A DNA stretch of 64,000 nucleotides from Polyangiaceae bacterium (lineage in GTDB: Bacteria > Myxococcota_A > Polyangia > Polyangiales > Polyangiaceae). Under the pieces are notes generated by a model. That model was not told where the DNA came from. It saw only the letters and a list, made by a program, of their open reading frames with translations, and made no database searches. The DNA is taken from contig CBDCTZ010000005.1 in the NCBI GenBank assembly GCA_965222375.1, forward strand, positions 96,001 through 160,000, written 5' to 3'. Position numbers and translations under genes: made by a program. Positions 9,922 through 18,943 of this stretch are shown in pieces (position 1 is the first letter of the stretch; every line of letters starts with the position of its first letter).

Positions 9922-10767
9922 ATGTGGAGGAACGGCTGGGTCATCGCCATGACAGCGTTGCTCGCAGCCTGCGGGGGCAGCGACGGCGACAGCGCCGAAA
10001 ACCCTTTCGGCCCCATCGGCGGCGGTGGTAGCGGAAACCAGACGGGCTCAGGGGGTGCGGTCATTGGCAGCGGCGGTGGCGGTGGCTCAGCAGCAGGCAG
10101 TGGCGGCGGCGCGGGTGGCGCTGGTGGCAACGACCTCTGCGGCAGTACGCTGACTGGAACCATTCGGGACTTTCACGCAAGTCATCCGGACTTCGAATTC
10201 AAGATCGAGGTGGATCCCGGCATCGTACTGCCCGATTTGGGCAGCGACGGAAAACCCCAGTACGCCGGCCAGAATGGCAACCCGACCACGAACGGCAAAG
10301 GGCCCTTCGACGAGTGGTTCCGAGACATACCCGGCACGAATCAGAAGAAGCTCCACAGCATCCAGTTGGTGAACGGCGGCGGGAATGTCTGGACCTACGA
10401 CAACAGCTCCTTCTTTCCCATCGACGGTCAGCTCTTTGGCAACGAGGGCAACCCCCACAACTACCACTTCACTTTCGAGCTGCACACGAAGTTCATCTAC
10501 ACCGGCGGTGAAGTGTTCACATTCACCGGCGATGACGATCTATTCGTGTTCATCAACGGTAAACTAGCGATCGACTTGGGTGGAGTACACGGCGCCATGA
10601 ACGCCAGCATCGATCTGGATGCCGAGGCTGGCCAGCTGGGCATCTCGAACGGCAACGTGTACGCCCTCGACTTTTTCTTTGCGGAGCGCCACACCTCCCA
10701 ATCGAACTTTCGGATCGACACCACCATTGGCACGTTCGTCGACTGCGGACCGCCGCCGGTACGCTGA
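9922..10767 (+). CDS. Fibro-slime (PA14-related) domain lipoprotein
   Basis: Lipobox 'LAAC', 'IRDF..HPDFE', 'FFPID', '[10 protein letters not shown]', '[22 protein letters not shown]', '[10 protein letters not shown]'. Confidence 0.92.
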   Translation: MWRNGWVIAMTALLAACGGSDGDSAENPFGPIGGGGSGNQTGSGGAVIGSGGGGGSAAGSGGGAGGAGGNDLCGSTLTGTIRDFHASHPDFEFKIEVDPGIVLPDLGSDGKPQYAGQNGNPTTNGKGPFDEWFRDIPGTNQKKLHSIQLVNGGGNVWTYDNSSFFPIDGQLFGNEGNPHNYHFTFELHTKFIYTGGEVFTFTGDDDLFVFINGKLAIDLGGVHGAMNASIDLDAEAGQLGISNGNVYALDFFFAERHTSQSNFRIDTTIGTFVDCGPPPVR

Positions 10768-10827
10768 CCCGATGCGCACCTAATCGAGTCCGGTGCATGC
10801 GGACGAAGTCGTGGTACTCTTTGAACG

Positions 10828-11847
10828 ATGAGGGCAATACTCTGGGCGGGCCCGGTCATCGCGGCTTGGCTGCTATCCTGCACAAACGACTTCGACTCGT
10901 TCAGCTTCAGCGATGATCCGGACGGCGGCGCCGGCACGGCAAGCGGGGGAACCGCCGGTGGCGGCGGCGCCAGCAGCGGAGGGGCGAACACCGGGGGGGT
11001 GATCAACACGGGTGGCGCCGGCACTGGTGGTGCGGTCAACACCGGTGGCGCCAACACTGGGGGCGCAGTCAACACCGGCGGGACCAGCGGCTGCGGCCCA
11101 ACCCAGAAAACCTGCGGCGGTCAGTGCGTTGCGAAGGACGATCCGAAGTTTGGCTGTGGTGGGAGCAGTTGCGATCCGTGCGCGATCGCCAACGCCACCA
11201 CCCAATGCGTTCAGGACAAGTGCGCGCTCTTGAAGTGCGATGTCGGATTCGGTGATTGCGAAAACGGGCTGGCTGACGGCTGCGAATCCGACCTACAGTC
11301 AACGACCGTTCACTGCGGCGCATGTAGTCGCGCTTGTGACAAGACCAAGTCGGCGGATGTTGCCTGCGTCCAGGGCCTATGCCGCCATCGCTGCGAAGTC
11401 GGGTTCGCCGACTGCAGCCAACCGGCAACAGGACCAGATGACGGCTGCGAAACAAACATCGGGAACGACAAGCAAAACTGCGGAGGCTGTGGGAACGATT
11501 GCTCCCAACAAGGCGCCGGAGCCGGCTTCTCTTGCACCGCTGGCGCTTGCGGTTGCAGCGCAAGTGCACAGTGTGAAGTTGGCGGCGGAACCAACGGGAC
11601 CTGTGACACGTCCAGCGGCTTGTGCAGCTGCGACGGAGCCAGCTGTGCGCCGGGCGAAGCCTGTCGCAAGTCGGGCCCCAACAACATCTGTTCCTGCAAT
11701 GGTGGCGCTGCCTGCAAAGCCGGACAAACCTGCTGCCAAACGCCAAACATCTGCGCAGATCTACAAAGCGATGCCAAGAACTGCGGGAGCTGCGGCAATG
11801 CGTGCCCAAGCGGGCAAACCTGCCAAGCGGGGGCATGCGTCAACTGA
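10828..11847 (+). CDS. Cys-rich lipoprotein, paralogue of 5375..6331
   Basis: Lipobox 'LLSC', NTGG repeats, 'GFGDC...DGCE.....HCGAC' repeats. Confidence 0.82.
   Translation: MRAILWAGPVIAAWLLSCTNDFDSFSFSDDPDGGAGTASGGTAGGGGASSGGANTGGVINTGGAGTGGAVNTGGANTGGAVNTGGTSGCGPTQKTCGGQCVAKDDPKFGCGGSSCDPCAIANATTQCVQDKCALLKCDVGFGDCENGLADGCESDLQSTTVHCGACSRACDKTKSADVACVQGLCRHRCEVGFADCSQPATGPDDGCETNIGNDKQNCGGCGNDCSQQGAGAGFSCTAGACGCSASAQCEVGGGTNGTCDTSSGLCSCDGASCAPGEACRKSGPNNICSCNGGAACKAGQTCCQTPNICADLQSDAKNCGSCGNACPSGQTCQAGACVN
10981..11082 (+). repeat. Imperfect coding tandem repeat (GGA-x-NTGG units)
   Basis: Recurring (c/g)AACAC(c/t/g)GG(t/g/c)GG units encoding 'GGANTGGVINTGGAGTGGAVNTGGANTGGAVNTGG'. Confidence 0.7.
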
Positions 11848-11915
11848 CGCGAGCTATCAGATTTTCGCGGGGCCTCTCGCCCTGGCGAACCGCGCCGTGT
11901 TAGTAACCCCTCTCG

Positions 11916-13295
11916 GTGAGGGCAAAGCGGCGCGAATTGGTGCTAGGCCGGGGGGCCATTGCCCTGCTGGGCATCTTACTGTTCGGAGCGGTGCTGTACT
12001 GGCTCCGCGGCGTGCTCACGCCGATCTTCTTGGCCTTCGCCATCGCTTACGTTCTCGACCCGGTCGTAGACAAGCTGGAGACCTGGAAGCTGCCCAGACC
12101 GGCAGCCATATTCGTGGTCGTTGGAACCTTCTTCCTGGCCGTCGCCACCTTTGCGCTGTTGGTGATTCCCGACGTGGTGCGGGACATCGCGAGCGTGACC
12201 AAAGAGTTGCCTGATCATGCGACTCGCGCCCTCGCTCGGGTTCAACCCTGGCTCGCCCAACAGGGCATCACCGTGCCCAGTACCGCCGACGATTGGATCG
12301 CCAAGCTACGCGCCAACGCCAACACGCTGAGCAAGGTGCCTCTCGCGCCAGTCGGCAACGTGCTCAAGACCGTCATTGGCGGCACCTTCTCCGCAATCGG
12401 AGCGGTTTTTGCGGCACTGATCGTCCCTATCCTCGCGGTCTATCTGCTCAACGACTTCGATCGCCTGATCGCCGGGGTCAAAGACCTGATCCCCCTCACC
12501 CATCGCGAACGAGTTTCCTCCGTCGCCAAAGAGGTCGACACCGTGCTCAGTCAGTTCGTCCGTGGACAGCTGACGGTGATGGCCATCTTGGCGGTCCTAT
12601 ATGCCGGTGCCTACGCCCTGCTCGGGATACGCTTGGCGGTACCCATCGGGATTGCCGCGGGTGTGTTGAACATCGTGCCCTACGTAGGCAGCGCCTTCGC
12701 GCTGGTTGCAGGTCTGATCATGGCGCTTCTGGGCGGCGGCGAGTGGGTGCAAATCGTCGGTGTGGTCGTTGCCTACGCGATTGTGCAGACCCTGGAGGGC
12801 TTCGTGATCACCCCACGAATCGTCGGCGAAAGCGTAGGCTTACGCGAGGTCTGGGTCCTTCTCGCGCTGTTCGTGGGTGGTGAAATCTTCGGATTCCTCG
12901 GCGTCCTTCTCGCGGTGCCCGCCGCGGCGGTGCTCAAGATCTTCTTTGCTCACGCAGTCCGCCACTACAAGGCGTCAAACATCTACGCCCTGGCGGGCGT
13001 ACCTGGGCTCGATCTAGAAGCCACGGACAGTGACGGCAGTGGATCGCCACCGGAGGGTGACGCCTCCGGGAAGCCAAGCGCCGAGCCGGAGCCAAAACGA
13101 GCGGAATCGACGGACACGTCACCAAACCCGACCGACCCCGCCGCGCCGGAAACCCACGACGCCGCCCAAGAAGACGCCGCGGCACCCGAAGCCGCATCGC
13201 CGGCGGAGCAGCCCGACGCGACCGAAGAGCCGGAAGCAGTCGACGACACCGCAGCGGGCGACACCTCAGCGGACGACACCACCGAGAAACCCTGA
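11916..13295 (+). CDS. AI-2E family transporter with acidic disordered C-terminal tail
   Basis: 'P.FLAFAIAYVLDPVV', 'FVRGQL', 'VPYVG', 'QTLEGFVITPRIVG', 'GFLGVLLAVP'. Confidence 0.92.
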   Translation: MRAKRRELVLGRGAIALLGILLFGAVLYWLRGVLTPIFLAFAIAYVLDPVVDKLETWKLPRPAAIFVVVGTFFLAVATFALLVIPDVVRDIASVTKELPDHATRALARVQPWLAQQGITVPSTADDWIAKLRANANTLSKVPLAPVGNVLKTVIGGTFSAIGAVFAALIVPILAVYLLNDFDRLIAGVKDLIPLTHRERVSSVAKEVDTVLSQFVRGQLTVMAILAVLYAGAYALLGIRLAVPIGIAAGVLNIVPYVGSAFALVAGLIMALLGGGEWVQIVGVVVAYAIVQTLEGFVITPRIVGESVGLREVWVLLALFVGGEIFGFLGVLLAVPAAAVLKIFFAHAVRHYKASNIYALAGVPGLDLEATDSDGSGSPPEGDASGKPSAEPEPKRAESTDTSPNPTDPAAPETHDAAQEDAAAPEAASPAEQPDATEEPEAVDDTAAGDTSADDTTEKP

Positions 13296-13304
13296 TTCGA
13301 GCGG

Positions 13305-13526
13305 CTACGCGCTCAGCGTCGGGGGCGGGCGCTCTTCGTCGTCCTGAGGCATCAGAGCGAAGACCAACGCGGCTCCAACGATGGGCAGCAGCCAGATCAC
13401 TTTGGACTGGTTCACCTTCTGGGTGCGGTCGAACATGTTGCTCTTCCACACGCGGTGGGTCAGCCAAATTTGAAACCCGATGATCGCCAGGATCAGGCCC
13501 GAGAAAACGACGTCGCTGAAGCTCAT
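13305..13526 (-). CDS. Small two-TM membrane protein (PLDc_N-like)
   Basis: 73-aa ORF from ATG 13526 with two hydrophobic segments and 'K...W.LPIVGA' pattern; fills the gap between genes. Confidence 0.6.
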   Translation of the reverse strand: MSFSDVVFSGLILAIIGFQIWLTHRVWKSNMFDRTQKVNQSKVIWLLPIVGAALVFALMPQDDEERPPPTLSA

Positions 13527-13617
13527 GTTCGCAGGCGCGAATTTGGGTCCTCGGGACCGCCTTGGCAAGCGACTGAAGGGGAAAATCGTCCACCTGGGGG
13601 CGTGCTATGACCCAGAC

Positions 13618-15876
13618 GTGATGCCGGACGGCGCCAGCGCCGCAAGCGTGATTGCACTGCTCGGCCCGACAAATACGGGCAAAACCCATCGGGCCATCGA
13701 GCGAATGCTCGACCACCAATCGGGCATGCTGGGACTACCTCTGCGCCTGCTAGCCCGGGAAGTGTATGACCGCGTCGCCAAGCGGATTGGCGATCAGGCT
13801 GTGGCGCTTGTGACCGGGGAGGAAAAGCGGATCCCACCTGGCGCTCGTTTTTGGATTTGCACGGTAGAAGCGATGCCCCAAGACACCCCGGTGGAGTTCT
13901 TGGCCGTCGACGAGATTCAGCTGGCCGCCCACCGAGAGCGCGGCCACGTGTTCACGGACCGCATGCTTCGAGCCCGGGGTAGCCATGAAACGTGGCTGTT
14001 GGGCGCTGAAACGATCCGTCCGCTATTGTCTCAGCTCGTCCCCCACGCTCAGTTGCAGCAGCATCCGCGCCTTTCGGAACTGCGCGCCGTGGACCCCTCG
14101 ACGCTGGGCGGTCTGCCGAAACGAAGCGCAGTCGTGGCGTTCAGCATGAATCGCGTCTACGAGCTCGCGGAGCGATTGCGCCATCGCCGAGGAGGCGCCG
14201 CCGTGGTGCTAGGTGCGTTGAGCCCACGGGCGCGCAACGCCCAGGTCGCTCTGTACCAGTCGGGAGAGGTGGACTACCTTGTTGCCACAGACGCGATCGG
14301 CATGGGGCTGAACCTAGATCTGAGCCACATCGCATTCGCCGATCTGAGAAAATTCGACGGGCGGGAGCTGCGCGGCTTGGAGCCCGCGGAGTTGGCACAG
14401 ATCGCAGGGCGGGCCGGGCGACACGTCCAAAACGGAAGCTTCAACACGTTGAAGGATTCCGCGCCACTTGCTCCACGGGTCCTTCGCGCCATCGAGCAGC
14501 ATCAATTCCCTCCCGACCGCGTCGTTCAGTGGCGCAACCCGGACTTGGACTTTTCGAGCATCGACGACCTGCTGGTGTCCCTTCGAGTCCCGCCCGGCGC
14601 TGAGGGCCTGCGTTTGGCCGAACAAGCGGAGGACCACGGTACCCTCGCCGACCTCGCGCGCCGACCCGAGATCCGCTCCCTAGCCCAGACAGCAGAGCAA
14701 GTTGCGTTGCTGTGGGACGTTTGCCAAATCCCAGACTTTCGCCAACTGATGCTTTCCCACCACGCCAACCTGGTGACGGAGATATTCCGAGAGCTCATGG
14801 GCCCACGAGCCAAGCTGAGTGCGGATTTTCTGAGTAAGCGGCTGGCTCGACTCGCCAACTACGAAGGCGACATCGACACACTGATGCGCCGCATGGCCTT
14901 CGTTCGCACTTGGACCTACGTGACGAACCACGGAGGCTGGGCGGAACAGGCGGCGCAGTTTCGCCAGAAGGCCCACGAGATCGAAGACCAGCTCAGCGAT
15001 GCCTTGCACCAGCGCTTGGTGGAGCGGTTCGTCGTGCAACGCAGGCGCAGCAGCGGCGGTAGTGGAGCCCCGGAGAAGAGCCATCCGTTTTGGGCGCTGG
15101 AGCAGCTGAAAGACGAGCTCTTCGGAGAGCCTGGCGCGAGCCAAGCGCGGCGACTGGTCGCCAGCGACCGCGACGCGATCGCGGTCGCTGCACACGGCCG
15201 ACTCAGCTGCGAAGGCGAGGTCGTCGCCCAGTTGGTTCGAGGCAACGACCTATTGAACCCGGCGCTGCGGCTACTCGTTGCCGATCGGGGCCGCGAGGAT
15301 CGCGAGGCCGTGCAGCAGCGTTTGCAGCAGTGGCTTCGAGGTCAGATAGACGAATTGCTCGGCCCAAGCCGACCGGCCGATGCCGGCTCAGCGCACCTGA
15401 GCGGGTTGCTATATGCCCTGCGAACGTCCCTCGGTTGCATCGAACGACGCAGCGCTTCCGTCCAGCTCGACGGACTTTCAGAGACAGATCAAGCGCTCTT
15501 GAAGAAGCGCCACATCGTCGCCGGTACGCGATGGGTCTACTTTGCCAAGCGCCTCAAGCCGCGTCATACGGCCCTGCGCGGCGCCCTTTGGTATGCGTAC
15601 CACGCGGAGCTTCCGGTCACCTTGCCCAAGCCAGGCGCAACCTTCACGGAAGCAGGGAGTGGCGCAAGCCGAGAGCTGCTCTTGGCGTTGAGCCACCCTC
15701 GCATTGGCCCTCTGGGCGTACGGGCGGACATCGCAGACCGGCTGCTGTCTCTCCCCACGGATGACTCGGCGCTACAGAGCGCGCAGCGATTGCTGGGCGT
15801 GAAGCGAAAGCTCGCACGCCAAGTCGTGGACAAACTACGGCCAGCGCGCCGTGGGCGTCGACGCCGGTCCGCATGA
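13618..15876 (+). CDS. Suv3/MgpS-like superfamily 2 helicase
   Basis: Walker A 'LGPTNTGKT', 'PLRLLAREVYDR', 'DEIQ', 'VATDAIGMGLN', 'QIAGRAGR'. Start GTG 13618 or ATG 13621. Confidence 0.9.
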   Translation: MMPDGASAASVIALLGPTNTGKTHRAIERMLDHQSGMLGLPLRLLAREVYDRVAKRIGDQAVALVTGEEKRIPPGARFWICTVEAMPQDTPVEFLAVDEIQLAAHRERGHVFTDRMLRARGSHETWLLGAETIRPLLSQLVPHAQLQQHPRLSELRAVDPSTLGGLPKRSAVVAFSMNRVYELAERLRHRRGGAAVVLGALSPRARNAQVALYQSGEVDYLVATDAIGMGLNLDLSHIAFADLRKFDGRELRGLEPAELAQIAGRAGRHVQNGSFNTLKDSAPLAPRVLRAIEQHQFPPDRVVQWRNPDLDFSSIDDLLVSLRVPPGAEGLRLAEQAEDHGTLADLARRPEIRSLAQTAEQVALLWDVCQIPDFRQLMLSHHANLVTEIFRELMGPRAKLSADFLSKRLARLANYEGDIDTLMRRMAFVRTWTYVTNHGGWAEQAAQFRQKAHEIEDQLSDALHQRLVERFVVQRRRSSGGSGAPEKSHPFWALEQLKDELFGEPGASQARRLVASDRDAIAVAAHGRLSCEGEVVAQLVRGNDLLNPALRLLVADRGREDREAVQQRLQQWLRGQIDELLGPSRPADAGSAHLSGLLYALRTSLGCIERRSASVQLDGLSETDQALLKKRHIVAGTRWVYFAKRLKPRHTALRGALWYAYHAELPVTLPKPGATFTEAGSGASRELLLALSHPRIGPLGVRADIADRLLSLPTDDSALQSAQRLLGVKRKLARQVVDKLRPARRGRRRRSA

Positions 15877-16052
15877 CAGCGAATCTGTTCAGTCTGCACT
15901 TCCTGCGCGGTTTCGGAGCCGGCGGAGGGTTTGTGTCGGTTTGTCTAGCCAACTGCCAGACGCTTTCGACTAAGATGCGCGGGCTAGCGTGGCTTGAGTC
16001 GTCTTGGAGCCCGCTGCCTTGATCGCGACCCACCAACCTTGGGATTGTCCGC

Positions 16053-17327
16053 ATGAAAACTGCCAAGCTCGTATACGAAGGAAAAGAGTACGAACTGCCT
16101 GTAGTCGAAGGCAGCGAAGGGGAACGCGGAATCGACATTGCCAAGCTGCGCAAAGACACCGGACTGATCACTTTGGACCCGGGGTATGGGAACACTGGCA
16201 GCTGCAAGAGTTCGATCACGTTCATCGACGGCGAAAAGGGCATCCTGCGCTACCGCGGCTACCCGATCGAAGAAGTCGCCACCCGCGCTAGGTTCACCGA
16301 GGTTTGCTACATGCTGATCTACGGCGCGCGACCAAACGACGACGAGCTCGCGAAGTTCCGCAAGCAGATGACGATGCACACGTTGCTGCACGAGGACATG
16401 AAAAAGTTCTACGAGGGCTATCCCCCCGGCGCCCACCCCATGGCGATCATGGCGGCAATGGCAGCGAGCCTGTCTTCCTTCTATCCGGAATCCGAGGATG
16501 AGCTCGATCTCAACATCATTCGACTGCTCGCCAAGGCCAAGACCCTGGCAGCGTTTTCCTACAAGAAGTCGATCGGCCAGCCCTTCATCTATCCACGAAA
16601 CGACCTGTCATGGCCGGCGAACTTCCTGCGAATGATGTTCGCGGTTCCGGCCGAAGACTACGAGGTCCCGCCCGTGCTGGAGGAGGCGTTCAACACCTTG
16701 TTGATTCTGCACGCTGACCACGAGCAGAACTGCAGTACCAGCACGATGCGCATGGTTGGCTCCAGCGGCGCCAACCTCTTCGCCTCGATTGCCTCGTCGA
16801 TTTGCGCGCTTTGGGGCCCTTTGCACGGCGGTGCCAACCAAGCCGTGATCGAAATGCTCGAGAACATCCAAGCCGACGGCGGCGACCACAAGAAGTTCCT
16901 CGAGCGCGTCAAGAAGGGAGAAGAAGGCGTACGCTTGATGGGCTTCGGCCATCGCGTCTACAAGAACTTCGACCCTCGGGCACGCCTGCTGAAGTCGGCT
17001 GCGGACAGCATCTTCAGTGAGCTGGGCATCCATGATCCTTTGTTGGATCTGGCGAAGTCGATGGAAGAGGCGGCGCTCAAAGAAGACTACTTTGTACAGC
17101 GCAAGCTATATCCGAACGTCGACTTCTATAGCGGCATAATCTACCGCGCCATGGGGATCCCCACGGAGATGTTTACCGTGATGTTCACTCTGGGTCGCCT
17201 GCCCGGTTGGATCGCGCATTGGATGGAGCAGCGCGCCGACAAGGCTGGTCGCATTCACCGGCCCCGTCAAATCTACACCGGTGAGAACCAGCGGACCTTC
17301 GAGGACCGCGGCACCAAAAAGCCGTAG
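16053..17327 (+). CDS. gltA: Citrate synthase (type II)
   Basis: 'DPGYGNT', 'LHADHEQNCST', 'GPLHGGAN', 'GFGHRVYK', 'YPNVDFYSG'. Confidence 0.98.
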   Translation: MKTAKLVYEGKEYELPVVEGSEGERGIDIAKLRKDTGLITLDPGYGNTGSCKSSITFIDGEKGILRYRGYPIEEVATRARFTEVCYMLIYGARPNDDELAKFRKQMTMHTLLHEDMKKFYEGYPPGAHPMAIMAAMAASLSSFYPESEDELDLNIIRLLAKAKTLAAFSYKKSIGQPFIYPRNDLSWPANFLRMMFAVPAEDYEVPPVLEEAFNTLLILHADHEQNCSTSTMRMVGSSGANLFASIASSICALWGPLHGGANQAVIEMLENIQADGGDHKKFLERVKKGEEGVRLMGFGHRVYKNFDPRARLLKSAADSIFSELGIHDPLLDLAKSMEEAALKEDYFVQRKLYPNVDFYSGIIYRAMGIPTEMFTVMFTLGRLPGWIAHWMEQRADKAGRIHRPRQIYTGENQRTFEDRGTKKP

Positions 17328-17345
17328 TGTCGCAACGCCCTCGCA

Positions 17346-18224
17346 ATGAGTGATCTCGACGATCTCGACGATCTGTGGGACACCACCACAGACGACGACG
17401 AGGCCGTTGCGGCGAAGCCCAAACCATCGCCTGGCAAGGGTGCTGCTAGCGGGGTGGCCAGCGTGCCTCCCCCGGCGATACCGGATCTGGACAACGCCTG
17501 GGGCAGCCCCTCCGCACCGGCCGTAACCCGGGCCATCCCGAAGAACCCCACGCCGAGCGTGACCGGCAGCTCCCAGGCGCCTCTGCCAACCACGGCGGCG
17601 CGAGCGGAAAAGCCGGCGCTACCGACCGTAAAGGTGGCAAGCCGCGCTGCTGTAGCCGCAGCCACTACTCCACGCCCCGACTTGCGCCAGCCCCGCCCCC
17701 AGCCTACGGCATCGGGTCGAGGCTCCTTCGCTGCCAGGCCCGCCGGAGCGAGCGCCGAAACCCCGCAACCCGCGTCCAAGCGCCCTAAGCTCACCAAGCG
17801 CGCCAAGCGGGCCCTCAAGCGCAAGGCACAGGTGACTGGAAAAAGGGCCCGCAACCAGGCGAAGCAAGCGCGGCGGAAGCAGCGCCAACATGAGCGCGAG
17901 GCGGCTCACGAGGAAGCGGTTCTGCGGGCCAAGGAGACCCAGGAGGCCAGGCGCGTCGAAGTTGAAAAGCAGAAACACACCAAACCCAAGCCTGCGGCGA
18001 AAGCCAAGAGCAGGGCGAAACCCAAGCGGAACCGCAAGCGCCCCGCGGCCCCGGGCGCAAGAGATACGGCACCAGACAACGAACTGGACAAGGCGCCTGA
18101 CGCTGGGCCCCGTTCGAGCACGGGCCCCACACCGGAACGGGCGAGCCCGAAAGCACTGCTCGCATTCATCGCTGTGGCTGTGATCGTTGCGGTGGTCGCC
18201 ATTGTCGCTGGCAGCAGCAAGTAG
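17346..18224 (+). CDS. Hypothetical low-complexity protein with Lys/Arg-rich region and C-terminal TM anchor
   Basis: Collinear ORF filling the gap; acidic N-terminus, Pro/Ala region, basic helix, hydrophobic C-terminus 'ALLAFIAVAVIVAVVAIVA'. Confidence 0.65.
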   Translation: MSDLDDLDDLWDTTTDDDEAVAAKPKPSPGKGAASGVASVPPPAIPDLDNAWGSPSAPAVTRAIPKNPTPSVTGSSQAPLPTTAARAEKPALPTVKVASRAAVAAATTPRPDLRQPRPQPTASGRGSFAARPAGASAETPQPASKRPKLTKRAKRALKRKAQVTGKRARNQAKQARRKQRQHEREAAHEEAVLRAKETQEARRVEVEKQKHTKPKPAAKAKSRAKPKRNRKRPAAPGARDTAPDNELDKAPDAGPRSSTGPTPERASPKALLAFIAVAVIVAVVAIVAGSSK

Positions 18225-18239
18225 GCATCTGGCGCTCCG

Positions 18240-18653
18240 ATGACCAGCTACCGTCGACGCAGCCATACCTGCCCCGCATGTGGAGGCGTGATGCAGCTGC
18301 AGGAGACCACTGCGTCGGCGCTAGACATCTGCGCAGACTGCGGTGGGGTATGGATGGACTGGTTCGATGGCAACCCGATCGCGACCGCGAAGACCCTGCG
18401 GCAGCACTCCGGCACCCGACCAGCCAAACCCGGAGATTGGAGCTGCCCCGAGTGCCGCGTTCCGATGACGCAGAGTCGCTACCCCAGCGAAGCCGACGGT
18501 GCCTGGGTGGCGCGTTGCGGGACGTGCGCAGGCACCTTCGTGGCCGCCTCTGAGCTTCAGACTCTTGCCCGCGCCCCTTCGGCGGTCGAATCAAGTGACA
18601 ACGGTTGGCTGCGGGAGCTGATCGCCTCGATTGCCGCATGGATTCAGCGCTAA
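18240..18653 (+). CDS. Double zinc-ribbon (zf-TFIIB-like) protein
   Basis: 'CPACGGVM...LDICADCGGVWMD' and 'CPECRVPM...RCGTCAGTFV'. Confidence 0.82.
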   Translation: MTSYRRRSHTCPACGGVMQLQETTASALDICADCGGVWMDWFDGNPIATAKTLRQHSGTRPAKPGDWSCPECRVPMTQSRYPSEADGAWVARCGTCAGTFVAASELQTLARAPSAVESSDNGWLRELIASIAAWIQR

Positions 18654-18654
18654 T

Positions 18655-18670
18655 TGGCATGCCGCTTGCT
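18655..18670 (+). promoter_or_regulatory. Putative sigma54 (-24/-12) promoter
   Basis: TGGCATGCCGCTTGCT matches TGGCAC-N5-TTGC(A/T) with exact GG-N10-GC spacing; intergenic. Confidence 0.6.
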
Positions 18671-18699
18671 TTAGGATCACGCGCCGTGCCACGCGAGAC

Positions 18700-18727
18700 T
18701 TGCATTTTCGCCAGCTCGTGTTATAGT
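18700..18727 (+). promoter_or_regulatory. Putative sigma70-type promoter
   Basis: TTGCAT-N16-TATAGT with extended -10 TG at 18719-18720. Confidence 0.55.
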
Positions 18728-18943
18728 TTTCTCATCTTGGCCGTCGCGTGGGCGTCTTCATGGTGAGGAGTTCCGACAGCCGGGGCTAGCGCCGCCCAAC
18801 CGGGTTGGGTGCGTTCAAAGCGGCGCGTGGGTGCCACCACCGATACCGTATCAGGCCAACAAGAAGCCGAACGGCCGAGCAAGGTCTCACCCCCCCGAAG
18901 CCATGGATTCGCCCCAAAATCTACCAAGTTGGAGGTTTTCCAC

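Noticed and set aside
9837..10163. Pro-rich N-terminal extension of rnhA in the ORF track
   Set aside because: It is the reverse complement of the Gly-rich linker of the fibro-slime gene. The extensions on uvrA, the FHA-EBP, the FG-GAP gene and ORF 35262 were trimmed for similar overlap reasons.
18736..18879. Retron msr/msd or 6S RNA assignment for the folded leader
   Set aside because: No reverse transcriptase in the window, and no recognisable 6S consensus or zapA/ygfA context. Kept only as an unassigned candidate RNA.
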